From the IMG/VR virus record IMGVR_UViG_3300048691_000182, positions 32,280 to 96,279 of that record: a stretch of DNA of 64,000 nt. One strand, given 5' to 3'. Both the position numbers and the translations under genes were made by a program. The DNA is from a virus. The notes under the pieces were generated by a model. It saw only the letters and a list, made by a program, of their open reading frames with translations. It did not search any database and was not told the DNA's origin. This document shows, in pieces, positions 41,930-52,212 of this stretch (within the stretch, counting starts at the first letter, position 1; the number at the start of each line of letters is the position of its first letter).

Positions 41930-44068
41930 ATGTCGGAAGAAGCAAATCCTTTTGTACTACCTATTGATAGTTACAAAAGAAACTTAAATCCAGTTGCCCA
42001 GTATATTGACCAGGCATCTTTTTATATTAGCACTGAATTAGGTATTGATATTGATGAGGCTAAAAAGAAAGTTATTGAAATAATTAGAAACAAGGAAGTT
42101 TCTGGTATTAAAGATCCCGAAGTAAAATATTTACTGCGTGGTGATAATGGGGATAGAACTGAAGAAGTCACCACGTTAACTAGGTATATCCAAGATTCTA
42201 TCAAAGAAGAAGACATAGTAGCACCCACCTTTACTACTTATTTACCACATAAAAAGAAATTATCTTTACTGGTAGATTACGTTGATGATAACGTGGCTGC
42301 TCGTGGTGTGGCTAAAAAACAGATGTTTGCAGCTGAGGCAATCAAGGATGAATTTGTAGCTTCTGTTAAAAACAAAGAACAAACTAATGTTAAACTAGCT
42401 AACAACGCAGTCTCCGGTGCATTGGCTAGTAAGTCTACCCCTCTTAATAACAAAACAGGCCACAGCACACTAACCTCTATTTGTAGAAGTACCTCTGGTT
42501 ATGGTAATGCTAACAATGAAAAATTCCTTAGTGGAAATAGACATTATTGGTGTTTTGATGTTACTTTGAATAACATAATTTCAATTATTACCCATGTTAA
42601 CTATGCTGAAATTACTAATGTAGTAAATAAATATAATTTGACCATTCCTTCAGTTAAAGATGTAATGGAATTAATTATTGAAAATACTAAGAATTATTGG
42701 CGTAATTCAAAAGAAATGTTAGTTATTGAAGAGTTTGTTTATAAACTCTCAGACCTAGAAAGAACAGCTTTTGTTTATGTCGGCGATTTGTTTCATCTGT
42801 CAAAGTTTAACGAAAAGTTAGTTGAAAGACTTTTGAATAAATTATCTACTAAAATTGCTGATAGAGAATTTGACGACCCTATTAAAATCATCAAAACAGC
42901 TAACGAAGATAACGTAAATTTAGCACACCAGATTTGTAGTTTTGAAATGAAGGGTAAGGGTAAAGACTATAAAGCTTTAAGTAAAGAGACTCTAAATACT
43001 GTGGCCGGTACTACCACTAACATTGCTGAAGTGCTCAATAACTATTCCGATCTTTTTAAAGCCTTTTGGGTAACAGATAATTTCCCAGCCTCGGTAGCAT
43101 ACTTCCCTAGTTGCATTCGTAAGTCTGTTTTAACTTCTGATACTGATTCTACTATTTTTACCGTCCAAGAATGGGTAAGAAAACATTGTGGGTCTATTAC
43201 TTTTGACGACAAAGGGATGTCAATAGCTGCAACGGTTGTCTTCTTAGCTTCGCAGACAATCACGCATTTGCTTGCTATGATGTCTGCTAATATAGGTGTA
43301 GAGAAAAAACGCCTTAAGCAGATCGCCATGAAGAATGAATTTAAGTTTGATATCTTTGTACCAACCCAGGTGGCTAAACACTACTATGCTCTTATTAGTT
43401 GCCAAGAGGGTAATATATTTGAACACTTTAAGAAAGAAATTAAAGGTGTGCATTTAAAATCTTCTAATGCTCCTAAGAAAATCATTAAGCTTGCTACAAA
43501 GTTAATGGAAGACATTATGATGACTTTAATTAGGTCCGAGAAGATCAAGTTATCAGAAGTATTAAAACTTGTTGCAGGCGCTGAAAGAGAAATTATAAGG
43601 TCTATGAAAGCAGGTGAAAACGAATACTTTCGTTTAGCTCAAATTAAACCGTCTGATTCTTATACAACCGAGAAAGAATCTTCACCTTATAGACACCATG
43701 ACTTCTGGGAAGAAGTATTTGCTCCCAAGTATGGAAACATAGCTCCACCTCCTTACAATTGTATTAAGTTCTCCACTGTTCTTGAAACACCTACCAGTAC
43801 TAGAATGTGGGTTGAGTCTATAGAGGATAAAGAATTGGCTTTGCGCTTAACAAACTGGATGACTAAAAATAATAGAAATGTCTTACCTACTATCTTCTTA
43901 TCTCAAGAACTAGTAAAGGCACAAGGCATACCGTTAGAATTAAATAATGCAATTGATATTCGTAGAATGGTTTTTGATTTATCTAAAATAACCTACATCA
44001 TTTTAGAAACTTTGGGTGTTTATATAAGCAACGATAAACAAACTAAATTAGCTTCTGACTTTTATTAA
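41930..44068 (+). CDS. Family B DNA polymerase, polymerase-domain subunit (phiKZ gp50-like)
   Basis: Motif B K..NNAVSG, motif C SDTDS, then KHYY and IKGVHLK; likely start ATG 41930. Confidence 0.85.
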   Translation: MSEEANPFVLPIDSYKRNLNPVAQYIDQASFYISTELGIDIDEAKKKVIEIIRNKEVSGIKDPEVKYLLRGDNGDRTEEVTTLTRYIQDSIKEEDIVAPTFTTYLPHKKKLSLLVDYVDDNVAARGVAKKQMFAAEAIKDEFVASVKNKEQTNVKLANNAVSGALASKSTPLNNKTGHSTLTSICRSTSGYGNANNEKFLSGNRHYWCFDVTLNNIISIITHVNYAEITNVVNKYNLTIPSVKDVMELIIENTKNYWRNSKEMLVIEEFVYKLSDLERTAFVYVGDLFHLSKFNEKLVERLLNKLSTKIADREFDDPIKIIKTANEDNVNLAHQICSFEMKGKGKDYKALSKETLNTVAGTTTNIAEVLNNYSDLFKAFWVTDNFPASVAYFPSCIRKSVLTSDTDSTIFTVQEWVRKHCGSITFDDKGMSIAATVVFLASQTITHLLAMMSANIGVEKKRLKQIAMKNEFKFDIFVPTQVAKHYYALISCQEGNIFEHFKKEIKGVHLKSSNAPKKIIKLATKLMEDIMMTLIRSEKIKLSEVLKLVAGAEREIIRSMKAGENEYFRLAQIKPSDSYTTEKESSPYRHHDFWEEVFAPKYGNIAPPPYNCIKFSTVLETPTSTRMWVESIEDKELALRLTNWMTKNNRNVLPTIFLSQELVKAQGIPLELNNAIDIRRMVFDLSKITYIILETLGVYISNDKQTKLASDFY

Positions 44069-44071
44069 AAC

Positions 44072-44118
44072 ATACAAACACTCTACGTTAACACTTGGTT
44101 AACGTAGAGTGTTTGTAT
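44072..44118. terminator. Bidirectional hairpin terminator
   Basis: 21-bp inverted repeat atacaaacactctacgttaac / gttaacgtagagtgtttgtat. Confidence 0.8.
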
Positions 44119-44706
44119 TTAAGTAATAATAGCAGTACAGCTAGTGCAACCAGAATTTAACCTAGGTTCAATACTAAGTTTTGCAACATCGGACACGTAA
44201 TCAATATAACTAGAAGATCTGTCAATTCCCCAACCATTGGAATCCACCATTCCGATTTTTATAGCAAAAGGAATAAGGTAGCTATTCATCCAAAGTATTT
44301 TTTGGTCAAGATAGTTGGCAACTTCAATAGCTAAAAGTATTTCCATATCAGCTTCCGTTATAACTCTATTTAATCCGGTTATAACAGGAATAGTTTTATC
44401 TGAAATATACTCTTTAAAAGCTTTTTGTCTTTTAAGGTTACTAAACATCCAAACTAGTTCTTCAGCTTCTTCAGATATCATTTCTGAAAGAACACCTCTA
44501 TTATCCTCGGACATTATACTTAGGTTAAACTCTTCTTTGTAAACAGAATGAAATAAACCAGCGTTACAAATAGCCTCACTATAACCTAAGTTCTTAAGTA
44601 GAGAATAAACTTTATTTAAATGAAATATAAAGGTTCTGCCTGAGTGTTTTAAACTATTTGCTTTAGCCTCTACTAACCACATATTTAGTTCATCAAATGT
44701 TTTCAT
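44119..44706 (-). CDS. HD-like metal-binding protein (DUF6817-like)
   Basis: HSGRTFIFHL..VY..L, AGLFHSVY and EEAEELVW.F motifs. Confidence 0.6.
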   Translation of the reverse strand: MKTFDELNMWLVEAKANSLKHSGRTFIFHLNKVYSLLKNLGYSEAICNAGLFHSVYKEEFNLSIMSEDNRGVLSEMISEEAEELVWMFSNLKRQKAFKEYISDKTIPVITGLNRVITEADMEILLAIEVANYLDQKILWMNSYLIPFAIKIGMVDSNGWGIDRSSSYIDYVSDVAKLSIEPRLNSGCTSCTAIIT

Positions 44707-45265
44707 ATACTAACCTTGTTTTAAACATAAGTGTTATTCTAAGACCGTTGTATAGTTTACTAACAGACCTTGCACAATGCACAACACCACCATCAAAAGT
44801 AAACAACTTATTAGGCTCTGGCATTACACCACCCGCCATTTGTCCGGTGTCGGTGTAGAATAAAGTCTCCCCAGCCCACTCAGTCCTCCATTCAGGAACA
44901 ACATACAAAATAGTAGTTCTCGTATCATCACGAGAAGAATCGGTGTGAGGTGCCCCTTCTACACCAAACGTATGTGCGTTGGCGTAACACCTAATTAAAA
45001 CATGGTTCTTTAAATAGTCTTGTTTTAATCTATTCCATATTTGATAAATAGGATCTAGAATAGGATTTGACAATAATACAGGTTCAATATCTTCAATGTT
45101 GCTAGATCCACTCTTAACAAAATCAACATTCCAATGATTCATGTCAGATACGTTTTTGGAAGAACTCCACCCGTATTTAAAAGTAACTTTGTTTTGAAAA
45201 TATTCTATTAAGTTATCAAACTCTTCTTGGGGAAGAAAATTTCTTATTGTTTGTATTTCTAGCAT
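44693..45265 (-). CDS. 2OG-Fe(II) dioxygenase (prolyl-hydroxylase-like)
   Basis: HTD iron motif, W..EWAGET.F, distal His (VHCARSVS) and 2OG-binding R (LRITLMFK); start ATG 45265. Confidence 0.85.
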   Translation of the reverse strand: MLEIQTIRNFLPQEEFDNLIEYFQNKVTFKYGWSSSKNVSDMNHWNVDFVKSGSSNIEDIEPVLLSNPILDPIYQIWNRLKQDYLKNHVLIRCYANAHTFGVEGAPHTDSSRDDTRTTILYVVPEWRTEWAGETLFYTDTGQMAGGVMPEPNKLFTFDGGVVHCARSVSKLYNGLRITLMFKTRLVYENI

Positions 45266-45266
45266 G

Positions 45267-46379
45267 TTAGTAATTAAGTAAAGGTCTCCCAGCAATAATA
45301 GCTAGTTCATTCATTTTTAAATTAGTATCTAGAAGCAACTGCACTGGTAAAACATTATTTAAAGAGTTACTTTGAAACAATAATCTACAATCAAATACAA
45401 TAGCATTTATTAGTGATCTATTTAATTTAATAGACTCACTGCCACCCAGTTTAATTAGAGCTAAAAGATAATCTAGTCTAGAAATAGTTTCAACCCATGT
45501 AATTTGTCTTGTTGAAGGAATATAAGGCATTGCTGTACCCTCAATCATTGACTGAGTACTTACCGCAGGAATCATCTCCAACATACCTTTATATTCCATT
45601 GATCTGTTTTGTAAGTCACAGACAATTCTATTTTGAATCCTGCTAACCTCACCAGTATAGTCTGGCATTACAAATGGATGCTGCATAGTACTAGAGCCCA
45701 TTGGGGCGCCTAGTATTAAGTTAGAAATTCTATTAAACAAAGCAATATCTAAATGTGATTCTAATAAACCAGGTAAAACATATCTATGTACAAAGTGCGC
45801 AACACCCTGTAGACCAATTGATGTTTCGCTGTTTAGGTAAAGTTGATCTGTGGTAAATCCCCTGAACTGAACAAGTAGCATTGGTATATTAATAGAGATT
45901 ACAGCTAGCCCTGATTCATTACTAGTTGCTTTTCCGTTAGGAAGTAATAGGTTAAGATCACTACGGGGGTGCAATAACACAGTAACAGGTTTAGCATTTT
46001 TCCAATCTTTGAAAACCACTTCAGGATTAAAAGATTCCTGGCTAGAAATTATAATCTCCGTAGTTCCTTGGCCATAGAAAACACCATCAAAAAGTTTTCC
46101 TTTATTTACAGGCGAAGTAATAAGAAAAACATTGGAAACAGCATTTGCTTTGGTATCTAAAATATCGTAGTATCTCTCTATTTCTAAGTTATGTGATACA
46201 TCAGCTGTATTGATAATTCTACAAAGTAAATGGTTACTTTTAACAGCCATTATTCTGGTGTTATAATACTGTTTAACAGTTTCTAAATTTCTTTTTAAAC
46301 CAGCACGTATATAATTCCATTCAGCATACCGTAGGATGCTGTGAGCAATGGTACTTTGTGAATTGAATAGTTGTTGCAT
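45267..46379 (-). CDS. Conserved core protein (phiKZ gp52-like)
   Basis: 370 aa, divergent from chimallin; synteny. Confidence 0.55.
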   Translation of the reverse strand: MQQLFNSQSTIAHSILRYAEWNYIRAGLKRNLETVKQYYNTRIMAVKSNHLLCRIINTADVSHNLEIERYYDILDTKANAVSNVFLITSPVNKGKLFDGVFYGQGTTEIIISSQESFNPEVVFKDWKNAKPVTVLLHPRSDLNLLLPNGKATSNESGLAVISINIPMLLVQFRGFTTDQLYLNSETSIGLQGVAHFVHRYVLPGLLESHLDIALFNRISNLILGAPMGSSTMQHPFVMPDYTGEVSRIQNRIVCDLQNRSMEYKGMLEMIPAVSTQSMIEGTAMPYIPSTRQITWVETISRLDYLLALIKLGGSESIKLNRSLINAIVFDCRLLFQSNSLNNVLPVQLLLDTNLKMNELAIIAGRPLLNY

Positions 46380-46553
46380 AGTTAATTAGTATTGTTACAT
46401 AAAATGCGCTAATAACTCGTATGTAAAATTTTACATACGCTAGTATTATATGTAGAAAACATCTACACCTGTTAGAACTGATAAAGGTTCTAACGACAAA
46501 CCATATGTACGTATGTCTTATTCTGCATAAGTAGATTGTAAAAAATTACACCC

Positions 46554-46566
46554 ACTTATTATTAAA
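46554..46566 (+). promoter_or_regulatory. Candidate phage promoter motif ACTTATTATTAAA upstream of chimallin
   Basis: Identical to copies at 19673 and 50962. Confidence 0.5.
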
Positions 46567-46638
46567 TAGAGTAAGGTAGGTTAATAATAACCAGTTATTC
46601 GTACAACGTTGTATAATAAATTGCATTAAGGAAATGAA

Positions 46639-48555
46639 ATGATTGAGTCGAAAGATTTTGCGAACACAGGCAACCAAACCGCTACTCAGGCCAACGTTGC
46701 TGAACAGCAACCAGTTAACTATGCACAGCAAAAGCCTGTTGCAGCAAATCCCCATGACGGTAAACTCAAGCCTTGGACTTTCCAAGACCGTAGTCCTTTT
46801 GGTTCGGCGCCAATTGCACGTGGCGTTGGTAGCGAGTACATTGTTAAGCTGGCAGGTATCCTGGGCGAGAAGTTCAAAGCAGCTCCAGCTACTTTCAAAT
46901 ACAATCTGATCAGCATTGATCGCTTGATTGATTCGCAGATTTGGTTCAGTGCTTTGGTGTTCTGCATGGCAGATGCTAAGAACGACAAAGCTGTTGCTTT
47001 TCACACACTGATTCTGGAAGCAACCAACATTGCTATTGCTCCTTTGACAAAGCCTTCAGGCATGCCAAATGAGAACATTCCAGTCGAAGTGTTTCGTCCT
47101 TCCAGCGATGCGTTTGACGCCGAACTGATGAAGTTGGTGAGCGCGCGTGTTCGTGATCAGTTCCCTGGTGCTAAACAGCTGTCTACTTTGGCCACTGTTG
47201 TTCCTCGTGATTTCAACATGGTTGATCAAAACCTGATCCATCAGTTGGCTGTTCAAATCTCTTTGGCCAATACCACTGAGCTGTCCATCAACGCCCCTGA
47301 TTTCACCGACATTAATCTGTCTAACATGGTTAATGACTCTCGCTTGACAGTTACCCCCACGTATACCAAGGGTGTAACGATTGATGCAGTTGATCACCCA
47401 ATCCGTTCCGATATCACGATTAACTTCAGTGCTAAAAAGAATGGCACTGGTAATGGTAACAACGAAACATCAGTCAACGTTGGCGACAACGTGGCGCAGA
47501 TTAGTCAACTGACTGGTTTCATCGATTTCATGTACTCCCCAGTACTGCCGCCTGACGTTACTAACTTTGGCGCCTACCAGCACCAACTGAAGCCTGGCGT
47601 TATCCCAACACAGACTTACGCGGCTCGTCTGGTTATTACCAACCTGGAAAACTACTTTGCAACAACTTTGCCCGGTAACCTGCTGTCGCTGACGACCGCG
47701 TTGGCAGCAAGTGAAAATGGTAACTGGATGCAAACGTTCTTGCCTAGTAACCGTTTGGTTGGTGGTAAGCCTTTCATGATGCATGATGTTGGTGGTTTGG
47801 GTATCGAAACCATCGGTAACGGTAAGCGTATTAATACCGATGGTGATGCCTTCCGTCCTGAGGACATGGGTAAGTTGATCGGTATGACTGTGCGTGAAGG
47901 TCTGACGCTGAGTCTGGATGTTCCTGATTGCGCGCCAAACACCTGGGGTTTGAAAGTATTCTCGGCAGCTGCTTCTGCACGTGAAGGTGAATTCACCCCA
48001 GCAATGGCAGCAATTTGCAATGCAGCAAACTACCTGACTAATGGTGCTTTCGATCGTAATTTCAACAAGAACTCACCAATGTTTGTTGATAAGGGTAACC
48101 GTGTGCATTTGGGTTACTACACCACCAAAGAAGGTGAGAAGCGTGACATCCGTGATTACGATTACTTGAGCGTAGCTAACATCACAGGCGAAGCTGATCC
48201 ACGCGACATCCGTCAGTGGTCGGATACGTTTGCACAAGTTAACCTACCTTTGGTTCCTCGTTTGGCTGCTCGTAAGCGCATCATCTCTAACCTGCAACCT
48301 AATGCAGTGTTCACTGGTTACGGCCACCGTGTTACGTTCAGTTCGCAGTTTATGACTGCTCTGGCCATCTCTTGCCGTGAAGCAGGTTTTGCACCAGTTC
48401 TGAGCACGCAATACGGTACTGCCGGTATGAACAACCAACGTGGCGTTAATAGCTTTGTTGGCGATGCCGCAATGGGTTCTAACAACGGTGTATTCCAATC
48501 TGCCAGCAATGGATGGAATGGTAGCAACACTTTCGGTTACGGTGGCCGTTGGTAA
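46639..48555 (+). CDS. chmA: Chimallin, phage nuclear shell protein (phiKZ gp54-like)
   Basis: 638 aa; lies immediately upstream of nvRNAP beta' and divergent from the gp52-like gene; strong high-expression codon bias; RVHLGYY..GEKRDIRDYDYL segment and G/N-rich C-terminal tail. Confidence 0.8.
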   Translation: MIESKDFANTGNQTATQANVAEQQPVNYAQQKPVAANPHDGKLKPWTFQDRSPFGSAPIARGVGSEYIVKLAGILGEKFKAAPATFKYNLISIDRLIDSQIWFSALVFCMADAKNDKAVAFHTLILEATNIAIAPLTKPSGMPNENIPVEVFRPSSDAFDAELMKLVSARVRDQFPGAKQLSTLATVVPRDFNMVDQNLIHQLAVQISLANTTELSINAPDFTDINLSNMVNDSRLTVTPTYTKGVTIDAVDHPIRSDITINFSAKKNGTGNGNNETSVNVGDNVAQISQLTGFIDFMYSPVLPPDVTNFGAYQHQLKPGVIPTQTYAARLVITNLENYFATTLPGNLLSLTTALAASENGNWMQTFLPSNRLVGGKPFMMHDVGGLGIETIGNGKRINTDGDAFRPEDMGKLIGMTVREGLTLSLDVPDCAPNTWGLKVFSAAASAREGEFTPAMAAICNAANYLTNGAFDRNFNKNSPMFVDKGNRVHLGYYTTKEGEKRDIRDYDYLSVANITGEADPRDIRQWSDTFAQVNLPLVPRLAARKRIISNLQPNAVFTGYGHRVTFSSQFMTALAISCREAGFAPVLSTQYGTAGMNNQRGVNSFVGDAAMGSNNGVFQSASNGWNGSNTFGYGGRW

Positions 48556-48605
48556 GTTGTTTAAATTTCAGTTATGAATCCATAACTGATGTTACAGGGT
48601 AAGTA

Positions 48606-48650
48606 AAAAACCAGCAGCACGGGGTCAAGAGCCTTGTGCTGCTGGTTTTT
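48606..48650 (+). terminator. Hairpin terminator after chimallin, followed by TATG
   Basis: aaaaaccagcagcacgg / ttgtgctgctggttttt. Confidence 0.75.
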
Positions 48651-48689
48651 ATGTTTACATTTTTATTTATTAGAAATGAAAGATAACAA

Positions 48690-49934
48690 ATGGCAATTAG
48701 TTTAGAGCTAGTAAATAACGATAAAGTTTTCTACGAGTTACCTAACCCACCTATTATTATCAATGATGTACTCAATACATCAGAAGAAGAAAGAGAAGCA
48801 TTACAAAAACTTATCTTTAGTAAGTACGGCTCAGAGCACCTAAGTAACTTGCCCTCGTGTGATTGTGATGAAGGTGTTGGTATTGTTGGTGAATTCAACA
48901 TCGGTGTCTATTGTCCTAATTGCAGAACCTGTGTCAAGCCACCCATTGACAAAGAAATCAATTCAATACTCTGGATGAGGTCGCCAATAGGGGTGCAGCG
49001 TCTTATTAATCCAATAGTCTGGACTATGATTAGTGAGCGTTTTACAATCTCTAAGTTTAATATCATTCAATGGTTATGCGATACTGGGTATTCAGTAGAT
49101 GCTAAAGTACCAAGTGAGATAGAACTCATCCAAGAAGCAGGCATAACAAGAGGTTACAATAATTTTGTAACTAACTTCGACGCTATTATGGGTTTTCTTT
49201 TTAGTATAAAGAAATTGTCTTTAAAAGTAAAAGGACCTATTGACCATCTTCAGGTATTACTAAAAACACATAGAGAATGTTTATTTAGTAAACATATTCC
49301 GCTACCCAATAAAGCTCTTCTAATTATTGAAGAGATTAATGTAGGTACATATGTAGACCCTGTTGTTCCAGTAGCTATCAATGCTATCCAGACAATTGCC
49401 AGTATTGATGCACCAGGTAATACTTTTAGCCTTCGTGTAAAAGAAAACAGGACTGTTAAATCATTAGCTACCTTGGCTGAGTTTAACGAAATGTATGCAC
49501 ATGTGGGTCTAGGTGGTAAACCAGGTATTCTTCGAAGAAACGTATTTGGTACTAGTAATAACTTTAGTTTCCGTACAGTTATTACTTCAATTACAGAACC
49601 CCATAAAGAAACAGATATACACATACCTTGGCCTGTAGCAATTACTGTATTTAATTACCACCTGATTAACCATTTAAAGAAAATGGGATTCACTCTAAAT
49701 GAATCTATTGGGTATTTGAATAAACATGCTTACAAATACGATCCTTTGATTGATAGTATTTTTGACAAGTTTTTGAATGCAGGTAAAGGTAATGGAATTC
49801 CTCTTACACTTGGTCGTAATCCAAGTCTAGGTAAGTCTAGTCTTCTTAGTGTATTTATTACTAAGATTATCAAAGACCCTAAAATAGTAGCTACTAAAAT
49901 TAGTATACTAATTACAGCCCATCTTAATGCTGAT
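48690..49934 (+). CDS. Non-virion RNA polymerase beta'-like subunit, exon 1 (phiKZ gp55-like)
   Basis: Zn-ribbon CDC..CPNC; GKPGILRRNVFG, RNPSL; ends ...AHLNAD at the inferred splice site. Confidence 0.88.
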
Positions 49935-50398
49935 AGAAACTTAAGTAGTATTTAAGTATTAAGTATGTAAAATGAGGAGAAACATTTTATGTACAAAATT
50001 TAATAGAACATAAAACTAAAAAAAAAACGTTTTAGAGTTCGCTATTTAAGATAAGTCCTTTTATTTAGTAATAAATAAAAAGTATTCTTTTGAATTGCTG
50101 GAATAACTTGTTAGATCAGTAAACTACAATAATCCTGAAAAGAGATTATGAATGTTTAAAAATTACTGAGTAGAGTCAATCAGCAGCTAAGACCCTAAGC
50201 TCGTGAGAGTATGGGTAAAGTTCAACGACTATCCCGTAGCTGGGAGTAGGGGTTAGCAACTCCGAAGTGGAAGACTACCTAACTAGCAATAGAAGGTAGA
50301 AGATATAGTCTGTTCCTCACTGGAGACGTGAGGCGGGTGGAATACACCGGGTGTTTTTAAGAGTAGCCACTGGCGAGCGACTAACACTGGACAAAAAG
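49935..50398 (+). mobile_element. Group I intron (464 nt, no endonuclease ORF)
   Basis: Core elements P (gaattgctggaa), Q (aatcagcagc), R (gttcaacgacta) and S (aagatatagtct); 5' exon ends in U and intron ends in G; removal restores NADFDGDE in frame. Confidence 0.9.
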
Positions 50399-50629
50399 TT
50401 TGACGGCGACGAATGCAACTTCTGTTTATTCTTGGACGAAGATCTTGCTAAAGAGTTTGAAAGTTTGAAACCACACAAAAGTGTTTTCAGTCTTAATTCT
50501 CCAAGACAGGTATCTGGAAATTTGTCCATGCCTAAGCCAGTGGTATCTAGTATTGCTGAGCTCATGAGCTCAAAAGAAATACCTGATCCTGCTAAGTTAG
50601 AGAAAATGAAGAGTTTGTATGTAGACTAA
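50399..50629 (+). CDS. Non-virion RNA polymerase beta'-like subunit, exon 2
   Basis: Begins TTT GAC GGC GAC GAA (FDGDE); spliced product is 491 aa. Confidence 0.88.
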   Translation, partial: FDGDECNFCLFLDEDLAKEFESLKPHKSVFSLNSPRQVSGNLSMPKPVVSSIAELMSSKEIPDPAKLEKMKSLYVD

Positions 50630-50961
50630 GTATAAAAACTGAATAGAGCCAATCCTTCTATTCAGTTTTTTTTTTAGAAAGAAATGAAATGATTACAGAG
50701 AAAAGAATTAAGTTAGAATCTCTAGAAGTAAAATTAAAAAGAATAAAACTGAAACAACTATTACTTAAACTAAATAGGCTCAAAGTAAATGAAAAAGTAC
50801 ACTGATGCTATTATTGCTTTGATCGAGAAAGATGTTATCATTCCTTTGTCTTTTTCAAAGAAACAATCTCTGTCTATTGATATTGAAAAAATATTGAAAC
50901 AAAGAGATAGGATTAAACAAAATCGCAAAGTAAAAAATGCTAAAGTTAAATAATTTCAAAC

Positions 50962-50974
50962 ACTTATTATTAAA
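50962..50974 (+). promoter_or_regulatory. Candidate phage promoter motif ACTTATTATTAAA (copy 3)
   Basis: Identical to copies at 19673 and 46554. Confidence 0.5.
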
Positions 50975-51031
50975 GGGAAGTTAGAATAATACTGACAAAG
51001 TTTATTATTTGATTAACACCCGAGGAATTTC

Positions 51032-51649
51032 ATGGCCAACGTTATATACGGTGGGGTAGATGCATTTGATACTATAGCCTACGGGCAACAAGATTATGGT
51101 AGTCAGATGTTTTTTAAGTCTCAAGTCGAGCAGGTTAGTAATTTATTGACCGATTATGCTGGTCAATTTTTTAATAATACTAAACAACTATATGACAGGT
51201 ACCAAGGTAGCGAAGCTATCAGAGCAGCAAAAGCTGTGGTGCGCACCCTGGGTGGGTTGTTTTTGCAGAATAAAATCCAACCTCTAACCACAATAGGAAA
51301 TTTACAACAAGCTCCTATTGTGATGCAGAATTGGATTATGGCAAACCCGTTAGTGCGTGAGAATTACCACAAACAAAGATGCGATGGTTATTCCGATACA
51401 TATGTGGATATGCAGCCTAATGCTATTGGTGAAACTCATGACGCATACAGGGAAGTTATGAACGGTATGGTGGTGGAGGATGAAAATGGAAATTCTCGTT
51501 ATTCCTTCTATATGCCTGAAGAAGTAGAAGGAGTAAGACCCCTTAGCTTTGAAGACCAGGTAGATATTTTAACAACCTGGGACATCATCGACGCTTTTAT
51601 GAAAGCAGGAATAGAAGACCCTACCAGCCCTTTCAATAATAAACTCTGA
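51032..51649 (+). CDS. Conserved jumbo-phage core protein
   Basis: 205 aa, GAGG RBS; MQNWIMANP, CDGYSDTY and EDPTS motifs resemble a phiKZ-like core family. Confidence 0.7.
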   Translation: MANVIYGGVDAFDTIAYGQQDYGSQMFFKSQVEQVSNLLTDYAGQFFNNTKQLYDRYQGSEAIRAAKAVVRTLGGLFLQNKIQPLTTIGNLQQAPIVMQNWIMANPLVRENYHKQRCDGYSDTYVDMQPNAIGETHDAYREVMNGMVVEDENGNSRYSFYMPEEVEGVRPLSFEDQVDILTTWDIIDAFMKAGIEDPTSPFNNKL

Positions 51650-51742
51650 TAAAGTTTAGACATAATACGAGACTACTCACAGAGACTAAATAAATAGTCT
51701 CTGTGAGTAGGTTAAGTATAGTTTAATTTTTAAAGGTTTATA

Positions 51743-52159
51743 ATGGAAACTCGCGCTGTTCCTTCTTTGTCTGACGATGGTTGGGTTTTGTCTAGTGCGT
51801 TAAGAGCTAACTACTTAATGTCTCATTTTTTTCTGTCTGAATATAGTCAAACTTCACTATATCCCGACCAGGTGTCTAGCTTACCTTACATTATCCAGCA
51901 AAATCAAGGTAATATTTCAAAAACATCTACAGCGATTAGATCTACTCTTGCGGGGTATTTGACTAAATATTTTAATGATGTTAATACACAAGTAGATTTT
52001 GTACAGGATGAAATAAATTCAACTAAATACAGAATTAGAATTTATGTAACCTTTACTGACAATGACGGGATTACTTACAACCTAGGTAAGTTGGCTGTTG
52101 TTGAAAATTCTAAGATATCGTCAATAGCAGACCTCAATAATAACGGCCCCGTGGTGTAA
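51743..52159 (+). CDS. Conserved hypothetical protein
   Basis: 138 aa; VPSLSDDGWV and SEYSQT. Confidence 0.65.
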   Translation: METRAVPSLSDDGWVLSSALRANYLMSHFFLSEYSQTSLYPDQVSSLPYIIQQNQGNISKTSTAIRSTLAGYLTKYFNDVNTQVDFVQDEINSTKYRIRIYVTFTDNDGITYNLGKLAVVENSKISSIADLNNNGPVV

Positions 52160-52212
52160 TTAAATTACACTAAACTGTAGATTAATATAGTGAAAATAAC
52201 AAAAGGATATTT

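Noticed and set aside
46546-48530. Multiple long antisense/alternate-frame ORFs and higher GC over chimallin, suggesting overlapping genes or horizontal transfer
   Set aside because: Explained by the strong codon bias of a highly expressed gene; the same effect is seen over the sheath and gp181-like genes.
50351-50398. Independent 92-aa gene starting at 50351
   Set aside because: Its first 16 codons are intron sequence; the rest is exon 2 of the nvRNAP subunit.
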